A DNA stretch of 64,000 bases from Paraspadella gotoi (Eukaryota; Animalia; Chaetognatha). The DNA lies in assembly GCA_051294375.1 (NCBI GenBank), contig CM119265.1, positions 5,503,696 through 5,567,695 of the forward strand. Direction: 5' to 3'. Shown here in pieces: positions 25,573-37,819 of this stretch. The first letter of the stretch is position 1, and every line of letters begins with the position of its first letter. A program made the translations under genes and the position numbers. The notes below the pieces were generated by a model that worked only from the letters and a program-made list of their open reading frames with translations, was not told the DNA's origin and searched no databases.

Positions 25573-27077
25573 ACTCTCTTTCTCTCTCTCTTTCTCTCTC
25601 ATGGGTCCGAGAACACTCTCTTAGCGAGTAGGAGAAGACGTAGAGTGAGACGAGATGCTCATTCTAACTGAACCGTCCCGTTCATCTCGGGATTGGTTCG
25701 CGTGAGATACCTATGGGGAAGGTACATCTGCAACGAGTTGGACAGAATTCTATCTACTGTCTCATTCATCCTTCTCAGCGGAATCGTCACCGTATCGACC
25801 CTCCCCTAGGGATACATGTACGCGCCGAGCCTAATGGCAGCTCTCTACCGTATTGATCTACCGTGAACCTCTTAAGACCCACCTCATCCGATGCGTCTCT
25901 ACGTCGCACCATCTCTCACCAATTCTCCGCGAGCTCAGCCGCGGCCGACCTTCCTAGCTTTGAAAAGCCTCTTGCATGTGCGCAAGTGAACAGTTCTCCT
26001 GTTCTTGAGAGAGGAGAGAGAGGAGAAGTATTAGGCTCTAATGAACGCGTTTTCCTTCCCATGCGAGCATATAGTATATAAGCGCTTCCTCTTTCCTTCT
26101 TCGGAAAAAACACCGCCTGTGATCGAGTGACTATAGTTGTGTGTGTGTGTTTCGCTTTTCCCGCGAATAAAAATTCTTATGAAAAATGCCAAAAAACTGT
26201 ATCGCTTAAGCCCCTCTTGCTCTCTGTGTTCTGTGCTTAACTCTCCTCGTCTTGTTTTACGTTGCGAATGATTTTTCATATAATGATTTTGTTTTTTTTA
26301 ACATATATATATATATATATATATATACAGATAATTGATGTAGGGTTGCTGCGCCGACATCTGCTTAGAGTCGCGCTGCTCAACCCAAGTAATATCGAGG
26401 ACCGGAGCATAGAGTCAGGTTACCCCAACGACCGACTGGGAGAACCTTAGGACGTCAACAGCGTGCAGAAAATTATTTGCTCATATCATCCAATCCTCAG
26501 TAAAGAACAGACCAGTCCTACAATCGATCAATGATGGAGCGGTACATCCGACGAGGGCTGTGTTAGTACTACCCCTGCTATTGAATACTCGACGCGCGCA
26601 AGTTCAGGAATATATGCTTCATCCGATAGCATCTTAATCTGTATACTATGGCATCTGCGTAGTTGTGCAAGCTGCGACGCGACTATATTCTTCACTGCCG
26701 GACGTCTTTCCCGCTTCGTTTCACTTCGTTTTGGGCGTCTATGGCTTCTATGATTCTTTCACCCCAGAAAAGATATATCAATTTGCGAAATAAATAAAAG
26801 TTAAAATCAATAAAATATTGTACTGTCACGCATTAATTAAGCTGAGATCAACGCTACGTCACAATAGTCACGACGGGTGGGCTACTATCTGAACCACTGG
26901 AAGTCTATGCAACCTGATCCGTTGTCATTATAAAGTTACTACCGCTACGTCTTCGAAGACCCATTCTTTTTTGGTTTATTATACCTCTATTCTTCTACTG
27001 CCGGGACTCTGACGATTAATCCGTTTTCACTATTTGATACTTAGAAGCTCTAATATCATACAATATAGCTAAATGAG

Positions 27078-28427
27078 CTTTTCCGACCCTTCTTTCCAGA
27101 GATGATACTATTTTCTTTCAAAGAACGTTTGAGAAAACGATCGGAGATATAAACTTGTTTCCCCCCCGTTACCACGGCAACGATAAAGGTTGAGTAGATT
27201 GGGTGGGAGCCCCGAGGAGGTGAGGCATCGACTGGATAGGTCTCATGAGTGGATCGAGGGTAAAGTCGAAGCCGTAATGGCAATGATGGTCGTTGAAGAA
27301 ATTCCGAATTTTTTTTCCTCGGTTTTTCTTTTTATCGGAAGTTGGAATCCGGTAGCCTGAAGAGGGAACGAGGAGGCCCCCGCGGGCTGGGGGTAGAAGT
27401 AGGGGCCATCGGGGCTGTGGGTAGGGGTAGGGGCCGAATATGACAGGGACTTTCAGGGGCGCGACGTCGGAAGAGAAGGAGGCAAAGATGGAGACAGATT
27501 TTTTTTAGGGAAAGCAAAGTGTTCGAGCGATCAAGATTTTATGTCGACGAATTTTCGTTATGTTTTACTGCGCGCAATCAAGAGAACTTTTAACTTTCTG
27601 TCTGCGCCGTGGCAGCTCGTCGTTAAGTATCCGACCGATTGATAATTTCGTTTTTGTAACCGTAGTAGTCAAAGAGGAAATTTGAAATCTCATCCGAATT
27701 TCCTATCGCGCGACACGAATTTCCAAGATGGTATACAAGAAAAAAAAAAAAGGAAAAAGAAAAAAACCTTTCCCCGACTCGTCCCAAGTCTCACGCCCCC
27801 CTCTTCCCCCATTTTTCTTCTCATTTTCTTTTTTCCCCATCTCCCCATCTCACTCCTTTCTAATTCTAACCTTTTTTTCTCTTCATCCAAAGTGTTGATC
27901 CTGGAAATGGGATTCAGAGAGAGAAGATAAGAAATAAGAGAGCGAAGTCAAAAGAGAAAAAGAGAAACGATGCAGTTTCTTCTTCTTTTTTTTTCAGGAA
28001 CTGATTACGACGTCGCAAGTTTGGAAGCAACAATTTACCGCTTCGTTGTCAAAATAAGCACATAAAAGTATATTCGTTTTGTGTAATGTAATGTGATCTA
28101 ATTAAACGTTGTATCATAGTAGCACTATAATAGAAAATAGATACTATTATATTCTTTATAATTTTGTCAACCCATTCAGGAACTTGACTCCCACTGTTTT
28201 CTGGAGCCCGAGTTTTTTTTTGTTTTATTTTTTTTTTGATGGGGAATAAAAAAACAGGAAAAATAAGGCAAAGGGAAAAGGAGAATCTTATTGCGCCGAA
28301 AGGAGAAAAAACGGGACGTGAACTGTGGATGGAATCGCCCTTAATTCCATGCGATTCGCCAATTGGCAATAGCAATGGCGCCTTCTTTGAATCTTTTCGG
28401 TTTCATGGTCCGCGGCCTTTTCTCTTT

Positions 28428-28468
<41 letters not shown>

Positions 28469-28891
28469 CCTCTCTTCAACACTTTCTTTCTTTCTCTCTC
28501 TCGATCGCTATCCCTATCTCTCTCTTAACACCCTTGACTCTAATCTCCGAATCATCTTCTACTCTATTTTTGCCTTTTTAATCCTTGACTTAACTGCTCC
28601 CTTCAAGCTCCTCTTAACAAAATCAATAATCTATTTGTTCTAATTTCTGGTATACCGAAGCCAAGAACGAATTAAACAAGCGTCTGTCTTAAGTTACAGT
28701 TATAACTTAACTTAAACTTAAATATATTTATAACTTTTTCATTGAATTTAACTATTAAAGCCATTTAAACTGAGAAAGTGAAAGTCGATACACTTTAATT
28801 CGTTTTCGAGATTTAAAACGTTTAAATACGTATGAAGAGACAGTAATTATTGCTGTGTTAGTGACCGAACCGTTCAATATAAGCAGTCCCT
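27078..28891 (-). repeat. Right arm of the inverted duplication
   Basis: Inverted match to 19965-22765; lacks about 0.55 kb that lies between two poly-T tracts in the left arm. Confidence 0.85.
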
Positions 28892-29040
28892 GATGAGCTT
28901 CGGACCAGGCTGTAACACCGTGTTACAAGACGGGTTAATACGCCCCGTCCCTCTTAAACTGGCAAGGCGACCACCGGGCTAGAAACTCAGGGACCTTTGG
29001 GTTGGGAAGCGAATGACTTGCCTCCGGCACCAATGGGCCC
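28885..29040 (-). mobile_element. Degenerate tRNA-derived SINE-like element
   Basis: Minus strand GGGCCCATTGGTGCCGGAGG (A-box-like)...TTCCCAA...GAGTTTCTAGCC (degenerate B-box). The body shares agggaYggg...tccRaagctc...ggact with the element at 34615-34838. Confidence 0.45.
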
Positions 29041-29480
29041 GCTGATGAACGGTTGGTGGAATTTTATTCACCATACGATAATAGTAAATTATAACTAACT
29101 GGCCACAAATCCGCTTTTCACCCCTCAGTGAACCCTTTTGACCAATGCTCCATTTGAGTCTCCAGTCTTTTTCAACCCTCCTCTTTCATCCTCTCCTCCG
29201 AGAGTTCCTCCTAATCCTCCAATATTTTTCTTTCCCTCCTTTTTCTCCCGACGCAGGAAAGAGCTACGAAGAGAAAAAGGGGGGCGGCTTATGTGAGGTT
29301 AAGCCGGAAGCCGGAGCGATGCGGTTATTTCCGGCGCCCGACGTAATCCGAGTATCCCCTCATGTCCGGACATTCTTTTCTTTCTTATCCTAATTCTCCG
29401 GTCCTTTTTATGCTTTCTCTTTAATTTGTAACGTTTTAAAAAAATGATTTCTTCCTTACATAACTCTTTAAGTAATGAAG

Positions 29481-30420
29481 TAATTTTCTCCCGTTACTTT
29501 TTACTTTTCTTAAAACGTAAACGAAAACTACAAATATCTGTTCATTGTTTTTTTCAGCCTTGCATCAAATTATTAGTGTAATAATTTGTTTTTATGCACA
29601 GTTAATTTTGTTCCTAATCATGCTGCTTTCTTTTCCTCCTATTATTTCTCTTTCCAACCTTAACTTCAAATCATTTCCATCGCCCATTTTAACTTCGTCT
29701 TCAAGCCAACAATGATCTCCCGCCGAACTTCGTTTTATTTTTGGGATAGAAAGAGGAATTTCGAGTAAATGAGATCCGAGAGGGAAATTCGACTCCCTCG
29801 CGAAACTCGATTCCAATAACAGAAAAAAAATTAGGAAAATAAAAATTTAAAAAATCTAAATGAGGCGAAGACAACGATATTTAAATTTTCCTCTTGAGAA
29901 AGTGTAGTTTTAATTTTCATAAGTCTTTCGTTAATGGAATAAATTATGTTAGTATAGCAACGTTGGGATTGCCTGTAATACCAGCGGGGCGCCGGAATAT
30001 CTAGCGGACAGGGAGTAGGGGCTCTAAGTGACCACTGAACCAAGCTCCCGTCGCTGATCAGTATGTTTACTCCGTCTCGTAGACATTTAAAGCCAGAACT
30101 GCAGGATACTTAAAAAATTGGACGGGACGTAAGTTATAGGACGACGGAATTTAGAAGACTTGGCCAATCGCTGAGTCGTACGCCATTGTAGCGACTTTAC
30201 CAATCCTTTCAGTTCTTATGATTAAAAATACATTCGTCCATCAAAATAGATTTCGAACATGAAAGAAAAACGAATATGAATGGACCCGTTCTCCACTAAA
30301 TAGATTAACTACTTATGGAGAAACTGGGAAAAGCTAAGGATGTAAATTTGGCGCCGCGTTGCCAGGATGGCAAAATAAAAGGAAATTTAACATATTTCGT
30401 TGCTCGTCCCATAGGCATAA
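29481..30420 (+). repeat. Segment A, noisy copy (also at 31600-32628 and partially at 32639-32977)
   Basis: Direct near-identity to 31600-32628, both starting taattttctcccgttacttttt. Confidence 0.9.
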
Positions 30421-30692
30421 TTGGAATTATACAAAAGCCGTCATGGAACAACTCGGAACATATTTTTTTATCCGTATCTCTGTGTCTATCCTCTCTCATC
30501 TCTCTCTCTCTCTCACTCTCTTCTTCTCTCTCTCTCGCCTCTCTCTCCTTCTCTCTTCCTCTCTCTTCTCTCTATCCTGCCGCTGTGAAAGAGAGCTTCG
30601 GGTGAGTTTCTGAAAGCATCACCTCTTCACACAAAACTGCTCTGACGAAAGGAGAAGAGGAGTGAAGAAGTATGAATGAAGAGACAATCGAA

Positions 30693-30802
30693 TTAAGATT
30701 GATTATCTGATCCTTTCCTTCCCTGTGTCCCATCTTGGAGGTCTTTATCAGAGAGAGAGAGAAGAGAAGAAGAGAAGAGAGAGAGAGAGAGAGAGAAGAG
30801 AA

Positions 30803-30834
<32 letters not shown>

Positions 30835-31574
30835 GAAAGAGAGAGAGAGAGAGCAGAGGGACAGAGAGAGAGAGAGAGAGAGGGAGAAGAGGGAGAGAGA
30901 GAGGAGAAGAGAGAGAGAGCGAGAAGAATGTCTTTCATTTTCCTCACTGCACGACAAACGGGCCTTTTTTTTTCTCGGAATCGGACGACCCGCACTACCA
31001 AATATTGGATTTCGTCGCTGAAATCGAAGAATACTAGGACCAAGATGCACGATCTGCCGACTGCGGGGGCGGGCGATCTTTGATTCCAGATCGACTACGC
31101 GACAAAAAAACACGCAACGGATGACCAATACACAACAACAACAAGTTAGGAAAAAACAAAGACCAAACAAGCATCTGGGGGGGGGAGAACAGAAAAGGTC
31201 CGTCTGTCGCGCTCCGATTGTCGTTTTCTTTCTATCTCTTCCGCCGCTCCTTTGCACAGAACAAACCCAAAAGGAGGCAGCAGATAATGTTCATTTGTTT
31301 CTTGCCAACAGTGCCGGAAAGAAAACGTGAGGGAAAGGAAAACGCAGAAGGGGCCGTGAGCAGTTGTGAACTCCGAGCAGAGAAGGCCACGTGGCCGGTG
31401 TGTGAAGAATAAAGAGAATGGTGGATAAGACGGTGGACGAAAATCTGGCAACCAGTTTAGGAATCGGAGTGAAGAAAGTGGCCCGGGGATGTAGTAAAGT
31501 AGAAATAAGAGAAAACTGTGAGAAGTGAGTGAGGAGACGAAATATTCTCCACTGGCGGAAAAAAAGGGCAGCAA
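30693..31574 (+). repeat. Segment B, noisy copy (also at 37610-38413)
   Basis: Direct match from taagattgattatctg to ggcggaaaaaagg(g)cagcaa; ends at a 25-N gap. Confidence 0.9.
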
Positions 31575-32058
31575 NNNNNNNNNNNNNNNNNNNNNNNNNT
31601 AATTTTCTCCCGTTACTTTTTCTTTTTCTTAAAACGTAAACAAAACTACAAATATCTGTTCATTTTTTTTTCAGCTTGCATCAAATTTATTTGTAATAAT
31701 TTGTTTTTTATCACAGTTAATTTTGTTCCTAATCATGCTGCTTTCTTTTCCTCCTATTATTTCCTCTTTTCCAACCTTAACTTCATCATTTCTCCCGTCA
31801 TTTTAACTTCGTCTTCAAGCCAAAAATGATCTCCCGCCGACTTCGTTTTATTTTTGGGATAAAGAGGAATTTCGAGAAATGAGTCCGAGAGAGAGATCGA
31901 CTCCCTCGGCGAAACTCGATTCCATACAGAAAAAAATTAGGATAAATAAAAATTTAAAAAATCTAAATGAGGCGAAGACAAACGATATTTAAATTTCTTG
32001 AGAAAGTGTAGTTTAATTTTCATAAGTCTTCGGTTATATGGAATAAATGATGTAGTAT

Positions 32059-32286
32059 AGCAACGTTGGGATTGCCTGTGATACCCGGGGCGCCGGATAT
32101 CTAGCGGACAGGAGTAGGGGCCCTAAGTGACCACTGACCAGCTCCCGTCGCTGATAGTATGTTTACTCCGGTCTCGTGACATTTAAGCCAGAACTGGGAT
32201 ACTTAAAAATTGAAGACGGGACGTAAGTTTAGGACGAGATGATTTAGAAGACTTGGCCAATCGCGAGTCGTACCGCCATTGTAGCG
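32059..32286 (-). mobile_element. Dispersed SINE-like repeat (family shared with 47972-48171; duplicated copies near 29955 and 32871)
   Basis: Blocks shared with the 47972 copy: gcaacg..ggat.gcctgtgatacccggggcgc, gtaggggc, agtgacc, atgttt, atttaagcca.a.c.gggatac. Confidence 0.6.
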
Positions 32287-34614
32287 ACTTTACCAATCCT
32301 TTACAGTTCTTATGATTAAATACATTCGTCATCAATGANNNNNNNNNNNNNNNNNNNNNNNNNNNNNNNNNNNNNNNNNNNNNNNNNNNNNNNNNNNNNN
32401 NNNNNNNNNNNNNNNNNNNNNNNNNNNNNNNNNNNNNNNNNNNNNNNNNNNNNNNNNNNNNNNNNNNNNNNNNNNNNNNNNNNNNNNAAAACGATATGAA
32501 TGGACCCGTTTCCCTAAATAGATAACTACTTATGGAGAAACGGAAAAGCTAGGATGTAATTTGGCGCCGCGTTGCAGGATGGCATAAGGAATTTACATAT
32601 TTCGTTGCTCGTCCATGGGCATAAATATNNNNNNNNNNATGATCTCCCGCCGACTTCGTTTTATTTTTGGGATAAAGAGGAATTTCGAGAAATGAGTCCG
32701 AGAGAGAGATCGACTCCCTCGGCGAAACTCGATTCCATACAGAAAAAAATTAGGATAAATAAAAATTTAAAAAATCTAAATGAGGCGAAGACAAACGATA
32801 TTTAAATTTCTTGAGAAAGTGTAGTTTAATTTTCATAAGTCTTCGGTTATATGGAATAAATGATGTAGTATAGCAACGTTGGGATTGCCTGTGATACCCG
32901 GGGCGCCGGATATCTAGCGGACAGGAGTAGGGGCCCTAAGTGACCACTGACCAGCTCCCGTCGCTGATAGTATGTTTAAAGAGAGAGATTTCGTGAGGAA
33001 TTCGAATCTGCCTTTCAAAGATAAGAAAAAATTTTCCTATGGTGAGTACTATGTATAATAGTGGGCGTTATGCCAAAATTGAAAAATAAAAAAAAATTTT
33101 TTATTTAAAAATGTTCATGATTCTACTTACTATTGAATTTTATTAAACTTGATTTAATATTTTTGCTAAGGCTTTACTGCTGTGGGGCATTAAAAATTAC
33201 GGATAGGTAGTTTTCAGCCCCACTTAATGTCTTATTCACCATTATATACAACAATTTAGTTATTCACCTTTTTTGGTTTTTTTCGGATCCCAAAAAAACG
33301 TAAAAATAATTAAAATTAACTAATTTGTTTGTGCCTCTGCTGATTTTGGTTTTTGATCATCGTTTGGCTGACCTTTGTTCTTATTCCATTCCAATTAATG
33401 TTCAGAATTGGAAACAGGTGTAAGTTTATTTATCAACAAACATTGGCGACAAGGAACGGAGTTAGAAAATGTTTGTTAATAAAAAGATGTTGTGAAATTA
33501 ATTCTTTAATTTCAAGATTAAAATATGAAAACATGAGTTTAAAAATAATTTAAAAAGAAAAACCCAACGGTGTTTAAACGTTGAACGTTCTAGGAGGCAA
33601 ACAACTTTTCTCTGCCACGACAATTCAAACATTGCTGAAGTAAAAAATAGACCGATATCCAATTTTTACACGCCTTTTCCAGCCCATCTCTTTGCGACTG
33701 AATTCAGTTGTAAACACTTTTCCTAATTATTTGGGCCGTCTCGATCGCGATATGTCATCCTGCCGGTGACTCCGCGGTACGTCGAACTTTTATTCTGCCG
33801 TGAAATGCCACGCGTCGGACGCCACGAGGCGTCAAAAAAAATTGGAATATGACATTATTCAATTTACTTGGCAAGTCACATCAGAAATTTGGAATATATG
33901 ACAAAAAAATACCTGAAATGTTGAATTAGATAAACCAGTATTATGATAGTGTATTCACACTGCTCACCTCCAATTACAAACCAGCCAACTCATTGGGCAT
34001 CAGCGTCCACAGTAATGACAAACAGTACTATGAGTCAACATGAGAATCAAACAACACCCAACCCTCAGGTCAGATCTCCCACCCGCCCTTTGCCTAATGT
34101 GAACAATTAATAATTAAAGTTCTTTGAAGAAATCTAAGAATATTTTTTATTTTGTATTTACGACATTATTCAGCAAAATTTAATTAATGAAACACCAAAA
34201 GTCTTTCTTCATTTATATTAAAATTTTAAACCAATGAACCATATTTCAAATTTAAATGTATGTTCAAGTTCCTAAACGAGAAGAAAATGGTTTAAGAAAT
34301 AGAAGAATGGCTAAAATCTCTGAACAAAACAATAAAAAAAATATTTTTGGTCGGTGAAGTGTGGTTTGCTCTCATTATAAAAACCAATTTTTAGTCAATT
34401 AAGAATTAAAAACAGGAAAAAGATTTTTTGACTAAGCCTGTAAAATTTATAATGCATTAAAACACATTTTAATTATTATCCAAATGATAATAGTAGCAAG
34501 AATTTTCGTCAATTTTTAATAACTTTTGAACAGAAGTTGTTGTCCATTTCTGACGGTCGATATGAGGTGGGTAATCTGAGGTTAATACAAATAAAACAAA
34601 AATTTATTAAAGTT

Positions 34615-34838
34615 GCATTGAAAGAGGCTGGTTTTACAGGCGCCACACCCAACGCGTGTGTCACTCGGTTGGCGACAGCAAGACAGCATGTTCATGTAGT
34701 CCAGGAGCTTTGGATCTGCAGTAGGCCCTTGCCTACAGCGTGTTCCCGGTCCCATCCCTTTCTACATGACAACCTCAGGGCTTCGAACCAAGACGCACAT
34801 TGGGATGGTTGGCATTAGGCCACTGGAGCCACTGAGGC
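34615..34838 (-). mobile_element. tRNA-derived SINE-like element
   Basis: Head GCCTCAG-TGGCTCCAGTGG (A box)...GGTTCGAAGCC (B box)-CTGAGGT with a 7-bp acceptor-like stem (34772-34838), followed by about 150 bp of GC-richer body in AT-rich flanks. Confidence 0.65.
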
Positions 34839-37720
34839 GCTGCAGAAGAAACAGCTTTAATCCTATCTGTGGTGATAGACCACCAGAGCATATTCATATT
34901 GCGATCATTGAGTCAAATTAATTATCACCCATGAATTTACAACGTAATCATTTAAACAAAGATACAACAATTATTAATTTACTTACAATTTAAATGGTTA
35001 TGCAATTCAATTTCACAACCTTTTCCCAAAACATAATATAATAACTTGAATTTAATTGCATGTCACTCTCTCAAATCTTCAAAAACTCTTTTTTATGTTC
35101 ACTAATTTGATGAAACTGTTCATATAAAAAAATATTAAAATTCAAAAAGTTTTTACATATCAATAATTTTTCGTTTTTCCCAAAAACAAATTCTAGACTC
35201 ACCTTATGCCAAATAAAATACTTCTCAAGGTATGGTAATTGGTAAAGCTTATGTTATCTCAGTTCATAGAATCCATTAGCATAGATTAAAAGATCCTAAT
35301 TGTTGTAAAAATAAAATACTTTCAGTTTGGTTTTATCTCCTACCACATCATTAGCTGAGCAACACTATTTTTGCCCTTACAAAATTCAATTTTACCATTT
35401 CGATACTTAAGGCATTTATCATGGAACAATCTCCACAAAGAATATAAAGTAGCAGTCGCTTGCAGGTGTTCACTGTTCAGAATTGGAGTAGTACCCGTGG
35501 AGCAGTCCTACATTAAAAACTTTTTTTTACAACAAATAATTATTATAAAATAAAAGGGGCCAAATATGTTTATAAACAGTTATTGGTCTGATTCTGCTTA
35601 TCAGGAATCTCGTCTCTATTTATTCACTTTCGTCGGTCCGTCGGTCGGCCCCCTCAATCTTGTTGGGCCATTACTTATGTCAGAAAATTGAATTATAATA
35701 AATTATGCAAAAAAAAATGTTCATACCGTCCATCTGTTTGTCTCCGTCCGTCCGCTCCCCACTTGTGATTGAGCTGGATATAAGTTTCGATGAATTGTCT
35801 GAGTGGAAAATAAGTTTAAATGAAAAAAAAACTGTTTTACAAATTGATTATGCTTCTTTTTCTTTTTAAATGTAAATACGAGATCTATTAATTATCAAAT
35901 AAAATAATCAGTTAATTAATCAATTAAATATAATCAGTTAATTAATAATACAATCAAGTCAATCTTTATTCTGGCATTGATTGCGTCGTCGCCATCATCG
36001 TTCGTCGTCATCACTTGTTGCTTTTCATCGTGGTCAGTGACGACAAGACCTAAAAAACAAATTATTCCGGATCTAATTAATATAATTATTAATTTAATAA
36101 TTAATTAATCGCCAGATCCAGACACTTGTTTGCTCAAACTTTTTCGGTTTCGTTTTCAGTAATTCATCTAGGATTGAGAAAGACATGTGGGAGGAGAGAG
36201 AGAGAAGATGACTGACAGTTTAATACATACATACTAATCATTCTAATAAACTTGTAAGAAATAGAAAAGTTCCATCCTTTTAAACCTAGCAATAAAATAA
36301 AAGTATTAATTTTCTACTCAAAGAACTACTTAATAAAAAACGAACACTTATGTGAAAACCTCTACGGAGGACCGACCACTGGGATCGTGTCCGTGCTCGA
36401 GAAAAAAAAAATTCGACCGAACCGCGGGAGTCACCGATGTTGGCGATGGAGCCGGCCAGTATTTTGGAGCACGAAGTTTTAACAACTGATTCAGTCGCGT
36501 AGAAAAAGGGAATGGCAAAACGAAGTAAAAATTAGAATCATCAATTATTTTTTTTACTTCTTATAAAGTTGGCGGCAGGAAAAAATCGAATTTCTTCGAG
36601 AACCGCGGACCGTACATTGTTTTAACCATAATATATTTTTAGTAAAGAATAAAACTACCAATGGACAAATTCTGTATTGCTCCCATCTCCGCAACGGCGT
36701 ATTTACTGCCTGCGATATTCATACGGTTTTAAGTAAAATATATCCTTTTAAAACAAAAAAAATTTAGATAAGCAAAACGAAAGTTTTCTTAGAGTTCCTA
36801 ATTAATAATTGATTATACTGCATTTTACTCACACACGATTCAAATTGTTGCTTTAGCAGCAGAAGATATTATTAAAATAATGTTTTTAATCAGCCAAAGG
36901 AGGAAATAAAAGAAAAAAAAGAAAAACTTTTCTTAGGTTTAAAAAAAGAAAAAAACATCCGGTAAAGACGATTTATATCAAACTTTTATTTTCCAAAGAA
37001 TTTTGTTTTTACGCGCATATTTCGCGTCATGACGACGACTCGTTAAATGTCTTCTCCCGACTTGCAGTCGTAGAAAAATGAAAAATCACAAGGAAACCAG
37101 GAAGAAAAACTCCGTAAAAAATATTATTACTTTTTTTTACATAAAAATCGATAAACTCAAATAAACTATCTAATAATAAAATTATAACTGATGCACTTGG
37201 CAAAATATGCTTCTCTACAATCTCATGGATGGATTTTCAATAATTAACAACTTATATTTTTATTTGCTTTTTCACAAAAATAGGGGCGTCATTTTTTGTA
37301 CCTTAAAAATTAATATTTTATATAGCTAAATGTTGGAATTCTTAAAAAATCCATCCATGCAATTGTTAAGATATGCGCAATAAAAGAACTGTGAGCAAAG
37401 TTTGGAATTTGTCAGGTCAAACGCTGTTCACTGTGGATTTTTTTAGCAGAAAATTCAAACCTTTTCGTCAATTAATCTCAGCCGAACGATATGATAAAAA
37501 ATATTGAAATTGTTACTGTGACAGAGTGAGCGAGTAATCATATCAAGAGATGAAGGAAACAATATATATCTCTTCTCTATAAAGATCCGAATCTAATGAC
37601 ACAAACCCCTTAAGATTGATTATCTGCTCCTTTCTTCCCTGTGTCCCACATCTTGAGGTGTTTATCAGAGAGAGAGAGAGAGAGAGAGACGAGAGAGAGA
37701 GAGAGAAGAAGAGAGAGAGA

Positions 37721-37754
<34 letters not shown>

Positions 37755-37787
37755 CAGAGAGAGAGAGAGAGAGAGAGGGAGAGAGGG

Positions 37788-37819
<32 letters not shown>

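Noticed and set aside
25622-25730. Minus-strand HLVSLYVFSYSL after a ttgcag acceptor as the missing innexin TM3 exon
   Set aside because: It is upstream of the TM2 exon (wrong order), the frames read from the acceptor hit stops, the sequence is low quality, and the similarity is too short.
28889-28930. CTGATGAG as a hammerhead ribozyme core
   Set aside because: No stem II followed by GAAA and no stem I/III pairing at suitable distances.
34772-34838. Functional tRNA gene
   Set aside because: A/B boxes and an acceptor-like stem are present, but the anticodon and T stems pair poorly and it continues into a repeat body; better explained as a SINE head.
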